Assembly: GCF_009914755.1 (NCBI RefSeq) | Contig: NC_060938.1 | Length of the DNA: 64,000 nucleotides | From: the human T2T-CHM13v2.0 reference genome, Homo sapiens | Direction: 5' to 3' (one strand) | Shown: positions 51,161 through 64,000 of the stretch, one piece after another | Layout: every line of letters starts with the position of its first letter | Numbering within the stretch: the first letter of the stretch is position 1 | Translations under genes and position numbers: made by a program | Notes under the pieces: model-generated | What the model was told of the DNA's origin: nothing | Databases searched by the model: none | What the model saw: only the letters and a program-made list of their open reading frames with translations

Positions 51161-51470
51161 AGCCAGGCACAGTGGCTCACGCTGTAGTTTCAACACTTTG
51201 GGAGGCCCTGGTGGGAGGATTGCTTGAGCCCAGGAGTTTGAGACCAGCTTGGGCAACACAGTCAGACCCCATCTCTACAAAAAAATAGAAAATAATTAGC
51301 CAGGTGTGGTAGTATGCACCTGTAGGCCCAGCTACTCCAGAGGCCAAGGTAGGAGAATTGCTTGAGCCCAGGAGTTCCAGGCTGCAGTGACCCGTGATCA
51401 CACCACTGCTCTCCAGCCGGCGCATCAAAGTGAGATCCTGTCTAAAAAAGAAAAGAAAGAAAAGAAAAAA
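51161..51470 (+). mobile_element. AluJ inserted in a MIR
   Basis: GGAGGATTGCTTGAGCCCAGGAGTT and GCTGCAGTGA J diagnostics; MIR sequence on both sides. Confidence 0.9.
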
Positions 51471-52489
51471 TTGCCCAGGGTCACATTAAGTGACAAACCA
51501 GGATGGGAAACCAGGCCTTTGCACTCCAAAGCCTGCTCTCTTAATCACTATGCATATATTGTCTCAAGCAAAAAAGAAGTCCTGTGGTTGATATTTGGGA
51601 GATTTAAACTAAAGTTTTCTTTTTCTGTTGTTTATTTTAACTTCCCAATACTCTAAATCTGGAAGGGATCAAGAGATTATTTTCTACATAGGCTTTCATT
51701 AAAGAGGAAACTGTCATCTCTGGGCCCTTGAGTCAATCTCAGCTCCAAGAGAATTATGAGTGGCCAGGTCAGGTTATGGGCCCAGTCTTGGGATGGTGAG
51801 GCTGGCAGGAGATTATCAATAGAAAAGGAAGGTGAGAAAAACTGTTCGTGGCAGAAGCCATTGTTGCCTGAATCTGTGGTCCCAATCTCCATGCACACGC
51901 TCATTTCTCATTCCTCAGGGAAGGAAAGTGATTCCCCATCACCCACCAGGACCATGGGATGCTCACCCTAAAGAATTTCAGTCTATAAATAAAGCTGGTC
52001 ATGTCCATCAGACAGGCTAAGCCTTCATCTATCTTGACATATCGAACATCAACAAGGCCAAAAACAAGAGTGAGGAAGAAGAGAGAGTGCTGCTGTCACC
52101 TCCTCTGACTCAGGGTCTTACTCACTGGTTGTGACTGCCAGTCCATATGTGTGACCAGACCCAAGCCTAACTGGATTCTTCTGCAATGAGGAGCCTCTCA
52201 GCCTAAGAGTGGAGCAATGCTCTGCCTGTAGGCCTCTTGGAGTCAGGATTACAGTCCATAAAAGAGGTGTCCCTTCCTGCAGGCCAAGTAGTCACCTGTA
52301 ATGTAATAATAACAGTGGCCATAATGGAGCATGTGCCATGGACCAGACACTGTGCTCAGGACTTTACATGCACCATCTCATTTAATGTTTACAACAGCCC
52401 TACGAGGGAAATGCCATTACTGTTAGCATTCCCATTTTACAGACAAGAACACAGAGGCTTATTGGATTTGGGGTGGTAATACTGAATTT

Positions 52490-52961
52490 GACTGTGATAT
52501 GTGTTCTGCTCATTTCTTAGTACTGCTTTGTGTTCCCAGGAGACTGGCCTCTGTGACTGCATCAGTAGGGCCTTTTTGCCCTGTGGTTCCAGTTGAGTTG
52601 GGCTAATGGGAGGCAGTGGCTTGAGCTGCAAAGTCAGAAGAGAGGTGTGGCCATTTATCCCTCCTCCTCCCTCCCTGTTGGGCCGGTTTTACCACTGGCT
52701 GTATTCCTCCTCTTCAGCCAAAGCTCCAGTTCTGTGGGCCCCTCCTACACGACAGCTCTCCCTAGGTTCAGGTAACCCTGTTCCTGCCCCTTTTGTCCCT
52801 GAAGGCAGAAAGGTGACAATGGCTTCCCCTGCTATTAGTCCCTGGGGACTTCACAATCCCTCGCTGGTTACTTTAACCTTCCCACACCCTTTGTTAAACT
52901 CTCTTCAGTAACATTATTTGAGTATATCATCTCTTTCCTGCCAGGACCCTTGGCTGAGGCA
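52490..52961 (+). mobile_element. LTR33-type ERVL solo LTR within a MIR
   Basis: GACTGCATCA...TTGCCCTGTGGTTCCAGTTGAGTTGGGCTAATGGGAGGCA...TTCCTGCCAGGACCCT; MIR resumes at ~52962. Confidence 0.75.
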
Positions 52962-54128
52962 GAAACTGAATTTCTTGCTCCAGTTAGCACAGCTAAATAT
53001 GGTAAAGCTGGGATTAGGAATCTTGGCAGTCAGACTCCAGAACCCACATTTTACATCACTATCTACATTGGTTAAAGCACCAAATAAGGCCACCAATGAC
53101 ACAGAAAGAGGAATCTAGCGCCTCATTTCAAATCCTCTGTCCTTTCTCAGATGCTACCATTTCGGCAAATAGGATCCACTGTCAGGGCCGAGTCCTGGGC
53201 CTCACTTTCTCCCGAGACTGTCAAGGTCGCCCCCATTCTCCCAGAATAGCCAGGGCCACTGTGAGAAGGACCTGTCCAGAGGCCCAGGAGCTTAGCAGGG
53301 AGACTTTCTCTAATTCAGGCCAGGCACATTCTCTCACTTGTCTTGCAGAGGCTAGCTGACCACAATCACCCCTACAGTGGGATCTAGATATTGTTATATG
53401 GCACTTAATCCAGAACAATGAAAGCAGAACCTCTAGGGGTGGGCCCTGGGCGGGTTAGTTCTAAACACTCTTCTAGTGTGTCTAGTGTGCAGCCATCTTT
53501 GGAACCATGGTACTAAACTGCAGGCAGCTGTTCAAATGTTACCTGTCATCATGACGTGTCCCTCCCAAGCCTGCGGTGAAACAGGTAGTAGCCTTTCCAT
53601 CAGGAAAGGGGGTGGGGAGAGGAGGGGACAGTCATGTTTAAAAGTGATGGAATGTTTTATAGTATCTGAAGCTGATCCACAAGCGCTTCCAAGGCATGCT
53701 GCCTTAGGCACGAAGCAGCCACACAGCAGGCATATTCTATATGATAAGGTTTTTAAAATTTGGAGAGGGCTCAAGTCAGCTGAGTCAATGATATACTTGC
53801 TTCTATATCCAGCGTGCTCTCGATTAATAAATCCTTTGAAATGAGCCATATATAAACAAACTCAGATCCTAATAAATCACGCAAAGGTGAGCTCCTACTT
53901 GCCTGCCATTAGAACCACATCAAAATTTCCTCAGTGCACAGATTCCACGTGTCTCCTCCCAGTGAAGAAGATTTGAGTTTGAAAACGATCTCATGCTTTC
54001 TACTGCTATGCCTTCTTCTCTCTTGCCACCTCTGCCTTTTCTGTCTCTTCCACTAACTAGCTGTGGGACTAGAGCTAGTGAGGTCATCTTTCCAAGCTTT
54101 CCTTTCTTCATCTACTAAATCTGGTAGT

Positions 54129-54307
54129 CACTGGTTCTCAAAGTGTGACCCTGAGATGAGGAGCATCAGCATCACCTGCGAGCATGTCAGAAATGCAGAT
54201 TCTCAAGCCCTACCCAGACCCACTGAATGAGAAACTCCGGGGTGGGGCTCAGCAATCTGTTATAGGAAGGCCTCCAGGTGATTTTAATGCACACTCAAGA
54301 ACTATTG
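54129..54307. mobile_element. MER5A hAT MITE
   Basis: TGGTTCTCAAAGTGTG...AGCATCAGCATCACCTG...AGAAATGCAGATTCTC...CTCCAGGTGATT. Confidence 0.85.
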
Positions 54308-54719
54308 TTCCCAAATATCGTTATGAAGCTGTTCTCCACAACCTCCTTGTATGGTTTCCTTTCTTTGATGGCCAGTTTTCTTCCCAGGATGTCCAAAGCC
54401 CTCATTCTCTCTACCCCTCACTGAAACATGGTAAGTTCTGAAGACTTTTGCACCTGCAGTTCCTTCTGCCTTGAATGCTCTTCTCAATGGCTTCTTCACA
54501 TCCCTCAGGTGACCTCAGGGTATGAAGTAGTTGGCTCCTAATATTGTCTACCCAGCAGACAATAGATTTGCATTGTAAGACTAAATTACCATCTATTATT
54601 ATTTTATTTATTTGCATATTTTTGTCTCTCTCTTTCCCCTAAAATGTAAGTTCATGAAGTAGAGACCATATCTATTCATTTGCTGTATCCCCAGAACTTA
54701 ACAATGTGTCCAGCATAGC

Positions 54720-54928
54720 CAGAACTGTTCATTAGCACTTTCTGTGAAGATGGAAATGTTCTATATCCACTTTGTCCAATATGGGAGCTACTAGCCATGT
54801 GTGGTGGCTATTTGGGCACTTGAAATGAATCTAGTATGACTAAGAAACTACATTTTAAATTTTAATTTAAATTAATTTAAATTTAAATAGCCATATGTAG
54901 CTACTTCCTACTGCACTGAACAGTGTGG
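54720..54928. mobile_element. MER3 hAT-Charlie MITE (inside an L2 3' end)
   Basis: ACTTTCTGTGAAGATGGAAATGTTCTATATC...CTAGCCATGTGTGG...TTTAAATTTAAATAGCCA. Confidence 0.82.
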
Positions 54929-56118
54929 CTCTAGACAAAAAAAAAAAAAAAGCGTATTGAACAAATGAATAAATTCCTATCAAAAGCACTAAGAATGTGA
55001 TTTTTTAAATTTGACATTGATTGGTAAATAATATTTTCATTAACTCTGATTCATACAATCATCTTGCCTGCAAAAAAAAAATTCTTTTTTACTCTACTTT
55101 TGGTAGGAACTTTTTTTTTTTTTAAATAAAATGTTTTCAAGTTATAACCAGCATTCTGGTAAAAATTTTTAGCTGAGAAGTGGAATGGTAAAGGTAGAAA
55201 CTAAAGTATATTAAATTAGCCTTCAAGGTAAAATCGAGTTCTTCTTTTTATAGGAGTTTTGGGATGGAGGGACCAGAAGGAATGATCCACGATCTCTTCC
55301 TACTTCTAATGGACTATTTTTACAGCCCTGGCAAGGCCGCCTATAAACTCTGGAACTGCTGGGGATGGAGGAAACTCTGTCTCCTCTTTAGCAGAAGAAA
55401 TATGGTGAGGTGGAAGGGAAAGAATACAAGCAAAAGCACTTGGATTATAAGTCATCTTAGAAAGTTATTTAACCTCTGAGCCTCAACTTCCTGACATAGA
55501 AATTGAGGTAATAATGCCTACCTCACATGGCTAAGTATGTCAAGTGCTTGGCATGCAGAATGCATTAGTTCCCTTCTTTCATGGCCAAAATTTAACAAGT
55601 TCCAAGAGAAATCTATCTCCTGGGAAGGTTTTTTGGTCTCTCTGAAATACTCCCAGCCCTTATACTTTTTGAGCACAAGTCAACCTTCACTCAACCTTAT
55701 CCTAACCCTGTTTTGCCTATTTTTCTGTCTTCTAAACTCTTAGATATATAATTTTACACTTGGGGGAATATTCATCGTTATCTTTGTTAGTAATGGATGA
55801 TTTGACATAGTGTAATCCCTTTTATCAGATGTACTGGAATATATTCACAGCCCAAACTTCCTTTTCTTTAAAATAAAAGATAGGCTAAAAATGAGATCCA
55901 AGGATCCTTCCAGCTCTAAAATTGCTATATTCTCTGGTTATAGAGTTTCTAACAAGGAAGCATGTGGCCTAAATGTGTCACTTCATTATTAGAAATATCA
56001 TAGTACTAAATTAAGCTCTGATGTCCCAAAATATCCCTGCACTTTAATACCAGATCACAGTTTCTTCCCTTGCTTTGTACCCTAGCCTAGCCTGTCTTCT
56101 TCTCTCTCTCTCTCTGTC

Positions 56119-57736
56119 TATCTTAGTTTGTATTCTCCCAAAAACAGAACCTGAGACAAAAGCTTAAACACAGTAGTTTGTTTGGAAATGTGATCTCAGG
56201 GACCAGGAGTATAGGATGGAGCTGGGAACAGTGAAGGAGGGAAAGGATTAGTGAGGATGCATTATCAAGGTGGCCACTGTTACAAGTGACTGGCTCCAAC
56301 AGGATTTCTGAGAAACTTGATAAATCGCAACTCAAAACTGTCTGCCTGAAAGAGGAAAAGAGAGCAGTTATTCATCAATCCTCATCCCCCTTGATGGACA
56401 AGGGTGGCCTCACAGATATCAACTCCCTCGTACTTCTGAACTGTGCATGCCTTAGTATTGACGTGCTTCCCAAGGCATGGTGTCAGGACAGTCCAGCGTC
56501 AGAGAAGTGAGAAAGCCACAGCACAAGGCTAGTCTCTATCAGGCTGCACCCATGCAAAAGCTGATTGACACCTGCACAGACCTGGTAAACACAATAGTGG
56601 CATGAGCAAGAGGATCTGGAGTGGTGTACAGGGAGGTACAATCCATTTCTTGTGCTTGTTTTTTGTGCCCTTCTTTAAATTCAGTCTATCAGAGAATCCC
56701 TTTCATGGTGGTGGCCAGCCATAGTCTCTGCAAAGACTTAATTCAAGAGGGTTAGTGGAACGAGTTCCAGTTCTACTGTTCCAGCTGATCCCAAGATCAT
56801 AATATTCTTCATCTCCCTCCTCCACTATCCACTTTAGACTTTTCTCACCCTTGCCTGATGTAGGCTCATTAACATCTTGCCTGATCTAGATTGCTTGCTT
56901 GGAGGGTGACCTTGAGTGTGAGAATGACACCACAATCCACCAATGTGAGTCTCCTGATACACTTCCATACAGATCCTCTGGCTTTCATGACATGCCTTAT
57001 GTTGCTAATTAACAAACCTGAGCCTGTCATTTTCTTCATTTGCTTTTTTCAAAGCCTCCAAAGCAGTCTAAACACACCAGCCAGCTCAATCCTTGTTATT
57101 ACCATTGCTCCTGTACTATTTAAGGACCACGGCTATCACACCACCCAATGCTCTGCCTCTGCCTGCACCTCATCCCAATCCACCTCAGTAAGAGTCTTAG
57201 TAACTGAGATGGCGCTGGCCAGATACCACCACTCCACCCACCTCCAAAAATGGAGTCCTTATTACCTCTGAACAGTGAGTGATCTCACTCCAAAATCCCA
57301 ATTATTGTAGCCTGAGTTCCCCTGAAAGCAGGACCTCAGACAAAGTCTTGCATGCAAGTAGCAGTGAAACAAGGAAAGAGAGAAGGCCAATACAAGGATG
57401 AATTTTCAAGGTAGCATTGCAATGGACAACCAGTGCTCAATCCTAAGGACTATTCTGAGAAGCCTCATGAAACGTATCTGAGAACCGGCCACATGAGCAA
57501 CAAATGGTGGGAGGATTTATCCATCAGTTTCCATCCTCATTCGTTAAGGCCCACCAGGTTAGCCCCCCTAACATTTCCAGGTTGTACATGTGTGAGTGAC
57601 AAGTGAAACCCCACAATAACCCACACCCTGGCAAACTGGTGGAAGCCTGTGCCAAACTAAATGCTACTTAGGTGACTGGAATAAAAGATAGGATTTGAAG
57701 TGTCTGTTACACTTCCTCTAAGAGGTGTCTGATACA
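56119..57736 (-). mobile_element. Internally deleted ERV-L mini-provirus: LTR16-type LTRs (56119-56640, ~57303-57736) flanking ~660 bp internal sequence
   Basis: Two mutually homologous LTR16-type LTRs (CAG.ACCT.AGACAAA...CAGTGAA...AGGATG.ATT.TCAAGGT...TTCTGAGAA.C); PPT-like caagaaatggat on minus next to the left LTR; internal part is gag N-terminus joined to the ERV 3' region. Confidence 0.7.
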
Positions 57737-57824
57737 CTCCCTCTAAGATGTCCCTTAGGTTCCTATTTTCCCAGGATCATTCCAGTTTATGCCTGTTATC
57801 CCATTGTAATTAACAGTGTCCCCA

Positions 57825-58083
<259 letters not shown>

Positions 58084-58150
58084 GTGCCCCTTTCACTCTC
58101 AATTGTATCCCAGTTTAGACCATAAGGATATATTCACTTAGTGCACTCGC

Positions 58151-58213
58151 TCTCTCTCTCTCTCTCTCTCTCATACACAGACACCCATCCCCCCCACCTT
58201 CTACCCACCTTCC

Positions 58214-58262
<49 letters not shown>
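58151..58262 (+). repeat. (TC)11 and (AC)24 microsatellites
   Basis: Direct count: 58151-58172 and 58215-58262. Confidence 0.96.
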
Positions 58263-58264
<2 letters not shown>

Positions 58265-58800
58265 TGAGAAGCACAAAAACAATCCCCCATAGAATTGGTT
58301 TATTCATAGTTGTTTTCTTCTTCATGGTTGTTTTTCTTATTTTTTACTGCCCTTTGCAGAAACGTCTCTTGATACAATGCATTTTGCGTTCATTGAAATA
58401 AATGAAGAGTGCATCCAAAGAAACCACCTTCTACTAAATCTTTAAACAAGGAACAGGTCTTGTGCCACACATTGCATTTTAATAAACTTAATTTAATGAA
58501 GCGCTGCATTCCACAAGTACAGTCAGTACAGTAGCTCTCCTTTGGGATGGAAAAATTACAAGAAGCAATGCCGAGGACCGTGAACTGTATACAGAAGCCT
58601 TGTGGATCTAGAAACCAACAGTGTGTGAACTTAGGACATTCTCAAGTTTTAAAACGTGGCCATTATAATATCATCACATTACATAAATATCACATCACCA
58701 ATATTCGTTTTGTTTTTTTCTTTTAGAACCAAAAAAAAATGCTTGTAAACTGCAAAATTACTTTAGATCACTGCGATAAATCTGAATTAACTACTAGGTA

Positions 58801-59142
58801 CCGTCAGCCCTTCATATTTGTGAGTTACACATCTGTGGATTCAACCAACCCTGGATGGAAAATACTCAGAAAAAAAAATCAGTACAGAGTAGTGTCTGTA
58901 CTAAACAGGTACACACTTTTTTTTCTTGTCATTATTCACTAAATACAGTAATAACAACTAATTACATAGCATTTACATATTAAGTATTATATGTTTAGAG
59001 ATGATATAAAGTATACTTGAGGATGTGCATAGGTTATTCGCAAATACTACACCAAGTTATGTAAGGCGCTTGAGCATCCATGAATTTTGTTATCAGCAGG
59101 GAGTTCTGGAACCAATCCCCCATGGATACCTAGAGACAACTG
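58801..59142 (-). mobile_element. MER2 TcMar-Tigger MITE, complete
   Basis: TGGATTCAACCAACC...GGAACCAATCCCCCATGGATACC..GACAACTG; TA target duplication on both sides. Confidence 0.88.
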
Positions 59143-61628
59143 TAATTGCAAACTACTTCAGTGAATAACAGAAGCTAACTAAAAACTTAGTTCTGAATGA
59201 TTGGATTGTCTGTTGCACTCTACCTACTGAAGCAGAGTGTTTACATGGCCACAGGTAATTCATTCAGTAATTTCAGGGTATGACTCAAGATGCAGTATTC
59301 TTCTCTGCGGCTCTTCGCCTTGGAGCACTTGGAAGATGCATTATCTGCTGAAAAACCAATGTTCAGTGTGGGCTGATATAATAAAAATTAAATACTTTAA
59401 AAACTGAATCAAAATCATAGCTAAAAATCAATGCTATATAGTTTCTATGACATGAAAAATCTGTGAACAAATCATTTATTACAGGTCTTGTTTTATGTTT
59501 CTCTTGTCAAAGATAATTATTTATTACAAGTGAGGTTTCTGCCATCAGCAGAGTCAAGGGTAACCTGGAGTGCCTACCTCTTTGAATTGTGATACTCAAT
59601 CGAGTTTATCCATGTTAAGTACTGAGCACAGCACTTGGCCTACAGCAAGAGCTCAAGAAGTATTTGTGATTTTATTATCGCTAAGTAAAAATAAATTTGA
59701 GTTTCACTAAGATTTTTGAAATTCACATTTTATTTGCATGGCATAAAACTAGCCTATTCAACAACTCCCCATAATTAAACTTGAAAAGATCCTGATTATT
59801 TATAACAGAAAATAATTATGTCCCTAATTCATTTATTTGCCTTTTTTTTTTCTGGTTGCCTTTGATTGACTTCTGACCTTAAGCATGAACAGAAATGTGT
59901 CCTAAAAAGCCTGGTCTTTCCAGTGAAGAGTCAATCAGTTTGCCAAATGCTTACTCCATAATTTTAATCTAATAACATTTTACTAATAACATTTTATGAA
60001 CAAGAACTTACTTTCACATCCAGACAATATTTTTAGAATAAAGCTCATTGCACCTTATAATGTGCTTTATTTAATGTCATCTTCTACCATGTGCAAGAAG
60101 TTTGGGGGAGTATGGGCTAGTAGAGATGTTTACAAAGGTCTTGATTGAAAGACCCACAGGGCTTTGTTAATTGGTTTTAAAGATACTTACAATTTCTCTG
60201 CAAATACATAGAACAAAGACAATAAAACGTTATTTAGTAAGATATAAGTCCTATTGAATCAGTTGGTACCCACTTTCATTTATAGACCCTTCAGAGCTGA
60301 AAGGGATGGGGAAGAGGGTGGATGAAGAAGGTCTAATGGAGAATACACAGAAGAAGCAGAAGCCATGGCTCCTCTTTTTAACAGTGACAGAGAAAGGAAA
60401 ACAATGGACATAGCAATAAACATTTGCTCATTTAATTTTAGTCAAGTTAAATCAAATGTAAAAAATGTGTGCCCTATAATAATAAATGACACAAAAATAC
60501 TAATTAGATTCAAGAGAGTTGAACTGAATAACCCTTTAATCAATTTAAGTCACACAGTAAGTGTCCTTTTTCCCAGTATTTCTCATAATACTACATATTA
60601 TTTGCGCTTATGGTTATTCAGTCTTATTATTTAATTATAAAAGCTTATAGCTTTTACTTTGGGGGCAAAGACAAAGAGAAGAAAGTGTTCTCTAATCCCT
60701 TAAGGAACAAGAATATGACATTTGCCAATGTGCATTGTGTTTATGGAGACTTCTTTCAACTCTGTTCTTATTTTCATCCTATGGAGGCATCCTGAGGTAA
60801 ATGGGCAGTTATGGACCATCAAATGCGAAATAAATGTTTTAATGAGGAAACACAGCTTGCTCGTTCAAATACAACTTAGGATTTTCACAAGCTGTTTTCC
60901 TTTCTTCTATTCCTCTTAAAACAACCATGGGAAAACATAGCTACAGAGAGGTAACAAAATACTATGTAAATTATAATCCTGATTTTGTATAAAAATAAAA
61001 GTATTTATTGCATATCATAAATGCATAGGAAAAAAAAGATTAGAAAAGTACAGACCAAAATGTTACCAATGTTTATTATTGTTAACATTTCGGGTGGGAC
61101 TGGAATGATAATTATTCTTAAGTTTTTCTGAATTTTCTCAATTCTGCATATCATTGTCCCTGAGGCCCTCCAGAATCTGGCCTTGTGCTGATATGGCAAC
61201 TATGGGAAACTTGCTTTATTTTTTATATGCTAAGGAAGGTAAGTGGCTTGACGATTGCCCGTAAGAACTGTCAAAAGGCCACAGAAACTGCTCAGCACCA
61301 GGACACAGAGCTGCATTGCTTGATTCTGCAGGCTGCACATCTAAGACCAGATGTTGTCCTCATACATACCAGCCCTGAGAAAAAAGTTTCTTGGATTTGT
61401 TTTCAAGAAAAACAAGATATTGAGCTTTGTTCCCTTGTCAAAGAATAAGAAACTCTCCTATTAGCCTTTACAAATCAAGACAGTCAAACAGATCTGAGAT
61501 AGTAACTCATATCTAGGGATCAACCAAAGTAATCCCCTAAAGGTATTAGGAGAATTTTCCCAGATATTTAAGTTTCATTAAATGCAAAGTTAGTTCACTG
61601 GTACCTACTATTAAAAGTAACAGAAAAT

Positions 61629-61930
61629 GGCGAGGTGCAGTGGCTCATGCCTGTAATTCCAACAGCTCAGGAGGCTGAGGCAGCATAGCTTGAGCCCAGG
61701 CGTTCGAGACCAGCCTGGGCAACATAGTGAGACCCTGTCTCTACAAAAAATAAAAAAAAAAAAAATAGCTGAGAGTGCTGACACACATCTGTAGTCCTAG
61801 CTACTCAGGAAGTTAAGGGGGAAGGATCACTTAAGCCCAAGAGTTTGAGGCTGCAGTAAGCCATGATTGCACCATTGCACTATAGCCTGAGTGACAGAGT
61901 AAGACCCTGTCTCAAAAAAAGTAAACAAAA
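61629..61930 (+). mobile_element. AluJ
   Basis: GCTTGAGCCCAGG, GAGGCTGCAGT J diagnostics; TSD aagt(a/c)acagaaaat. Confidence 0.9.
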
Positions 61931-62149
61931 GAAGTCACAGAAAATGACCACACATTTACACTTTGTAAAAATTAATGCTGCCTATACATTTCTGGCAGGC
62001 TTGTAGGTTATTTTTCTCAGGCCTAGATATGCTGGGATAATACAGGGTCAGCCCCTCCAGAAGGCAGAACACTAGACCATCGTATCTAGAAGCCTCAAAA
62101 GTCCCATGACCCTAGTCAGCTTTAAATGTTGTCTTTTCCCTCATCTCTC

Positions 62150-62850
62150 CATCTAAACAATCTGCAAGTCCCACTGTCTACCCCTGCTGAACACCGCCAG
62201 AACCCATTCTCCCCTTCCATGTTCATTTCTGCAACCTTGGTCCAGGCCATGATTATCTCTCACTTACATTGCTGCATCAACCTTGACCTTCACTGGTGTC
62301 TCTGACTCCAGACTTTAACCTTCCCAAACCAGTCTTCCTATTAACTCAGGCCTGATCATAACACTTCACAGCATAATATTTTTGCATGACTTCTAATTGC
62401 CCTCAAATAAAGTCCTCATTCCTTGACAGGACCTAGAGGATCCTTCCCATTCAGCCCCGTATTTCACATAGCATACTACCCTCAACCCCAACTCTCACTC
62501 CCCTAGAATACCTAGCACCCCAGCCAGGCTAACTACTTGATCTCTCACCCCTGGCCTTTGCACATGGGGTTTCTCTGGCTAGATCACATATCCCCTTCTC
62601 CCCTTTATCTGAATAACCCCACTCATCCTCCTGGCCTTAGGTTTGATGTTACCTGCTCTGGAGAAGCATCCCTGATCTTCTTGACCCAGTTAGATATTCC
62701 TTTTCTGGATCCCAGTGTCTCTGATATGAAATTGCCCATTTTCTGTCTTCCCTACTAATCCATAAGCCCTTTCCAGTCATGGACTGTGTCTTGGCTCCCC
62801 CAACACTTAACATATTACCTGACACATAAAAGGCATTCAATAAATACTGA
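62150..62850 (+). mobile_element. L2 fragment
   Basis: GGCCTTTGCACATG...CCTGACACATAAAAGGCATTCAATAAATACTGA L2 3' end. Confidence 0.65.
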
Positions 62851-63732
62851 TTCAGTCAGAAGCAATATCAAGTGTTCTTGGTTTGCTGAAGATAGAGTCT
62901 CTAGCCATCCTCACCCTCCTCGGCAAAGAACCAATCAAATCTTTGGGATTCGATTGGTTCAACCACAAAACCATTTCCTATTCCTCCTCCTTTACCTCTT
63001 ACATAAAGAGGGAAATAAAGGAAAATGACCATTGAAGGTTTTGTATCAAAATTCCTTTTTGGAAGACTACTTATAATTTCCTACTTTAGTCTGTCTGGTC
63101 ATGAAGAAGTCTGAACTACACAAATGCTGTGGCCATGTCATGAGACATAAAATTAGAGAAATGATTCAAATGCTTTTGGTCCCTTCCTTTATTTGACTGC
63201 TAATTAGGAAGAGAATATTGAGATGGACATGACACTGGTTAATAAAAACCTCAGTTTCCTGAACTGATGCCAGGTTTATTCTTTTGAGACTAGAGCAGAT
63301 GATCTACCCACCTTAAAGGTAATAAAATAATCCAAGTGGATGCCCACTTTGCCTGCAACTTTGCTTGCACTCCATTCCTATACCTATACACTTTGAGAAA
63401 AAAGATAACAGGATTTTCCCCCCACAGATAATTCTTCTGTTTCTACTCCTCAGTTCCTCCATCCTTAACCCACAAAAGGTTACACCTCTCAGCAACATCC
63501 ATCTGAAGAATTTATACTCTATATTACAAATTGTTGATGGTTATCACTTACATAAGTGATCTTTTCCTGCTGCTTCTTGAAAAGAGAAAGTAGGATATTT
63601 GCTTTACTAGGTGGAATATGTAAGTTTTTTTACATCAATTTTTTTGTGCTTTTACACAAACTAGAACATGGGAGCAAATGACTTGTTTCTTTGTGCTTTT
63701 GCTGCTACTTACTGAGGGAATTCCTTAATTAC

Positions 63733-63763
63733 TTCCTTCCTTCCTTCCTTCCTTCCTTCCTTC
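63733..63763 (+). repeat. (TTCC)n microsatellite
   Basis: About seven CTTC units. Confidence 0.9.
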
Positions 63764-64000
63764 TCTTTATCCTATATGCACATGGTAGAAATTTGGGTTA
63801 ATTAAAAGGGAGTTAGATATACCTATTACCCCAAATAGGACACTCCCAGTGCATTTGTATTACAGCGGCTTGCAAAATAAATGCTGGGGTTTTTTTCTGC
63901 ATGCAGAAATTAAGCAACAGGATTATGTTTCCAGCTATGTTAACTGCCAGTCTATAATTATCAGGGCAACATCTCTCCACAGCTCATCTTCAGCTTATCA

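Noticed and set aside
61174-61244. Possible 65-nt exon ending AAG/GTAAGT
   Set aside because: Strong donor but weak acceptor and no supporting context; isolated consensus donors are common by chance.

Overview
Primate genomic DNA, very probably human (AluJ/S/Y, L1PA7, MADE1), non-coding and dense in transposons. I found no protein-coding exon, RNA gene or CRISPR array that I can support. Every recognisable ORF is a decayed LINE-1 or ERV-L remnant, or an artefact of an Alu or microsatellite. Main structures: (1) a head-to-head LINE-1 pair, an old L1PB (minus, ~10.4-15.9 kb) abutting a full-length L1PA7 (plus, 15.9-22.4 kb) that keeps its YY1 site and an open ORF0 homologue; (2) a degraded ERV-L provirus (gag-pol-dUTPase plus LTR16-type 3' LTR, ~40.4-45.0 kb) and an inverted, internally deleted two-LTR relative at 56.1-57.7 kb; (3) several solo LTRs, ten Alus, many hAT/Tigger/mariner MITEs, L2/MIR relics and long microsatellites; (4) a few unique CpG-enriched, motif-bearing patches that look regulatory. 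I do not see convincing evidence of a new biological system. The best leads are rearrangement scars (probable L1 insertion-mediated deletion; a fold-back palindrome at the L1PB breakpoint), possible promoter replacement between the two L1s, an intact SETMAR site, and DUX-type motifs at an ERV1 LTR. Subfamily names come from recalled consensus sequences, not a RepeatMasker run, and boundaries of old elements are approximate. I could not identify the locus.
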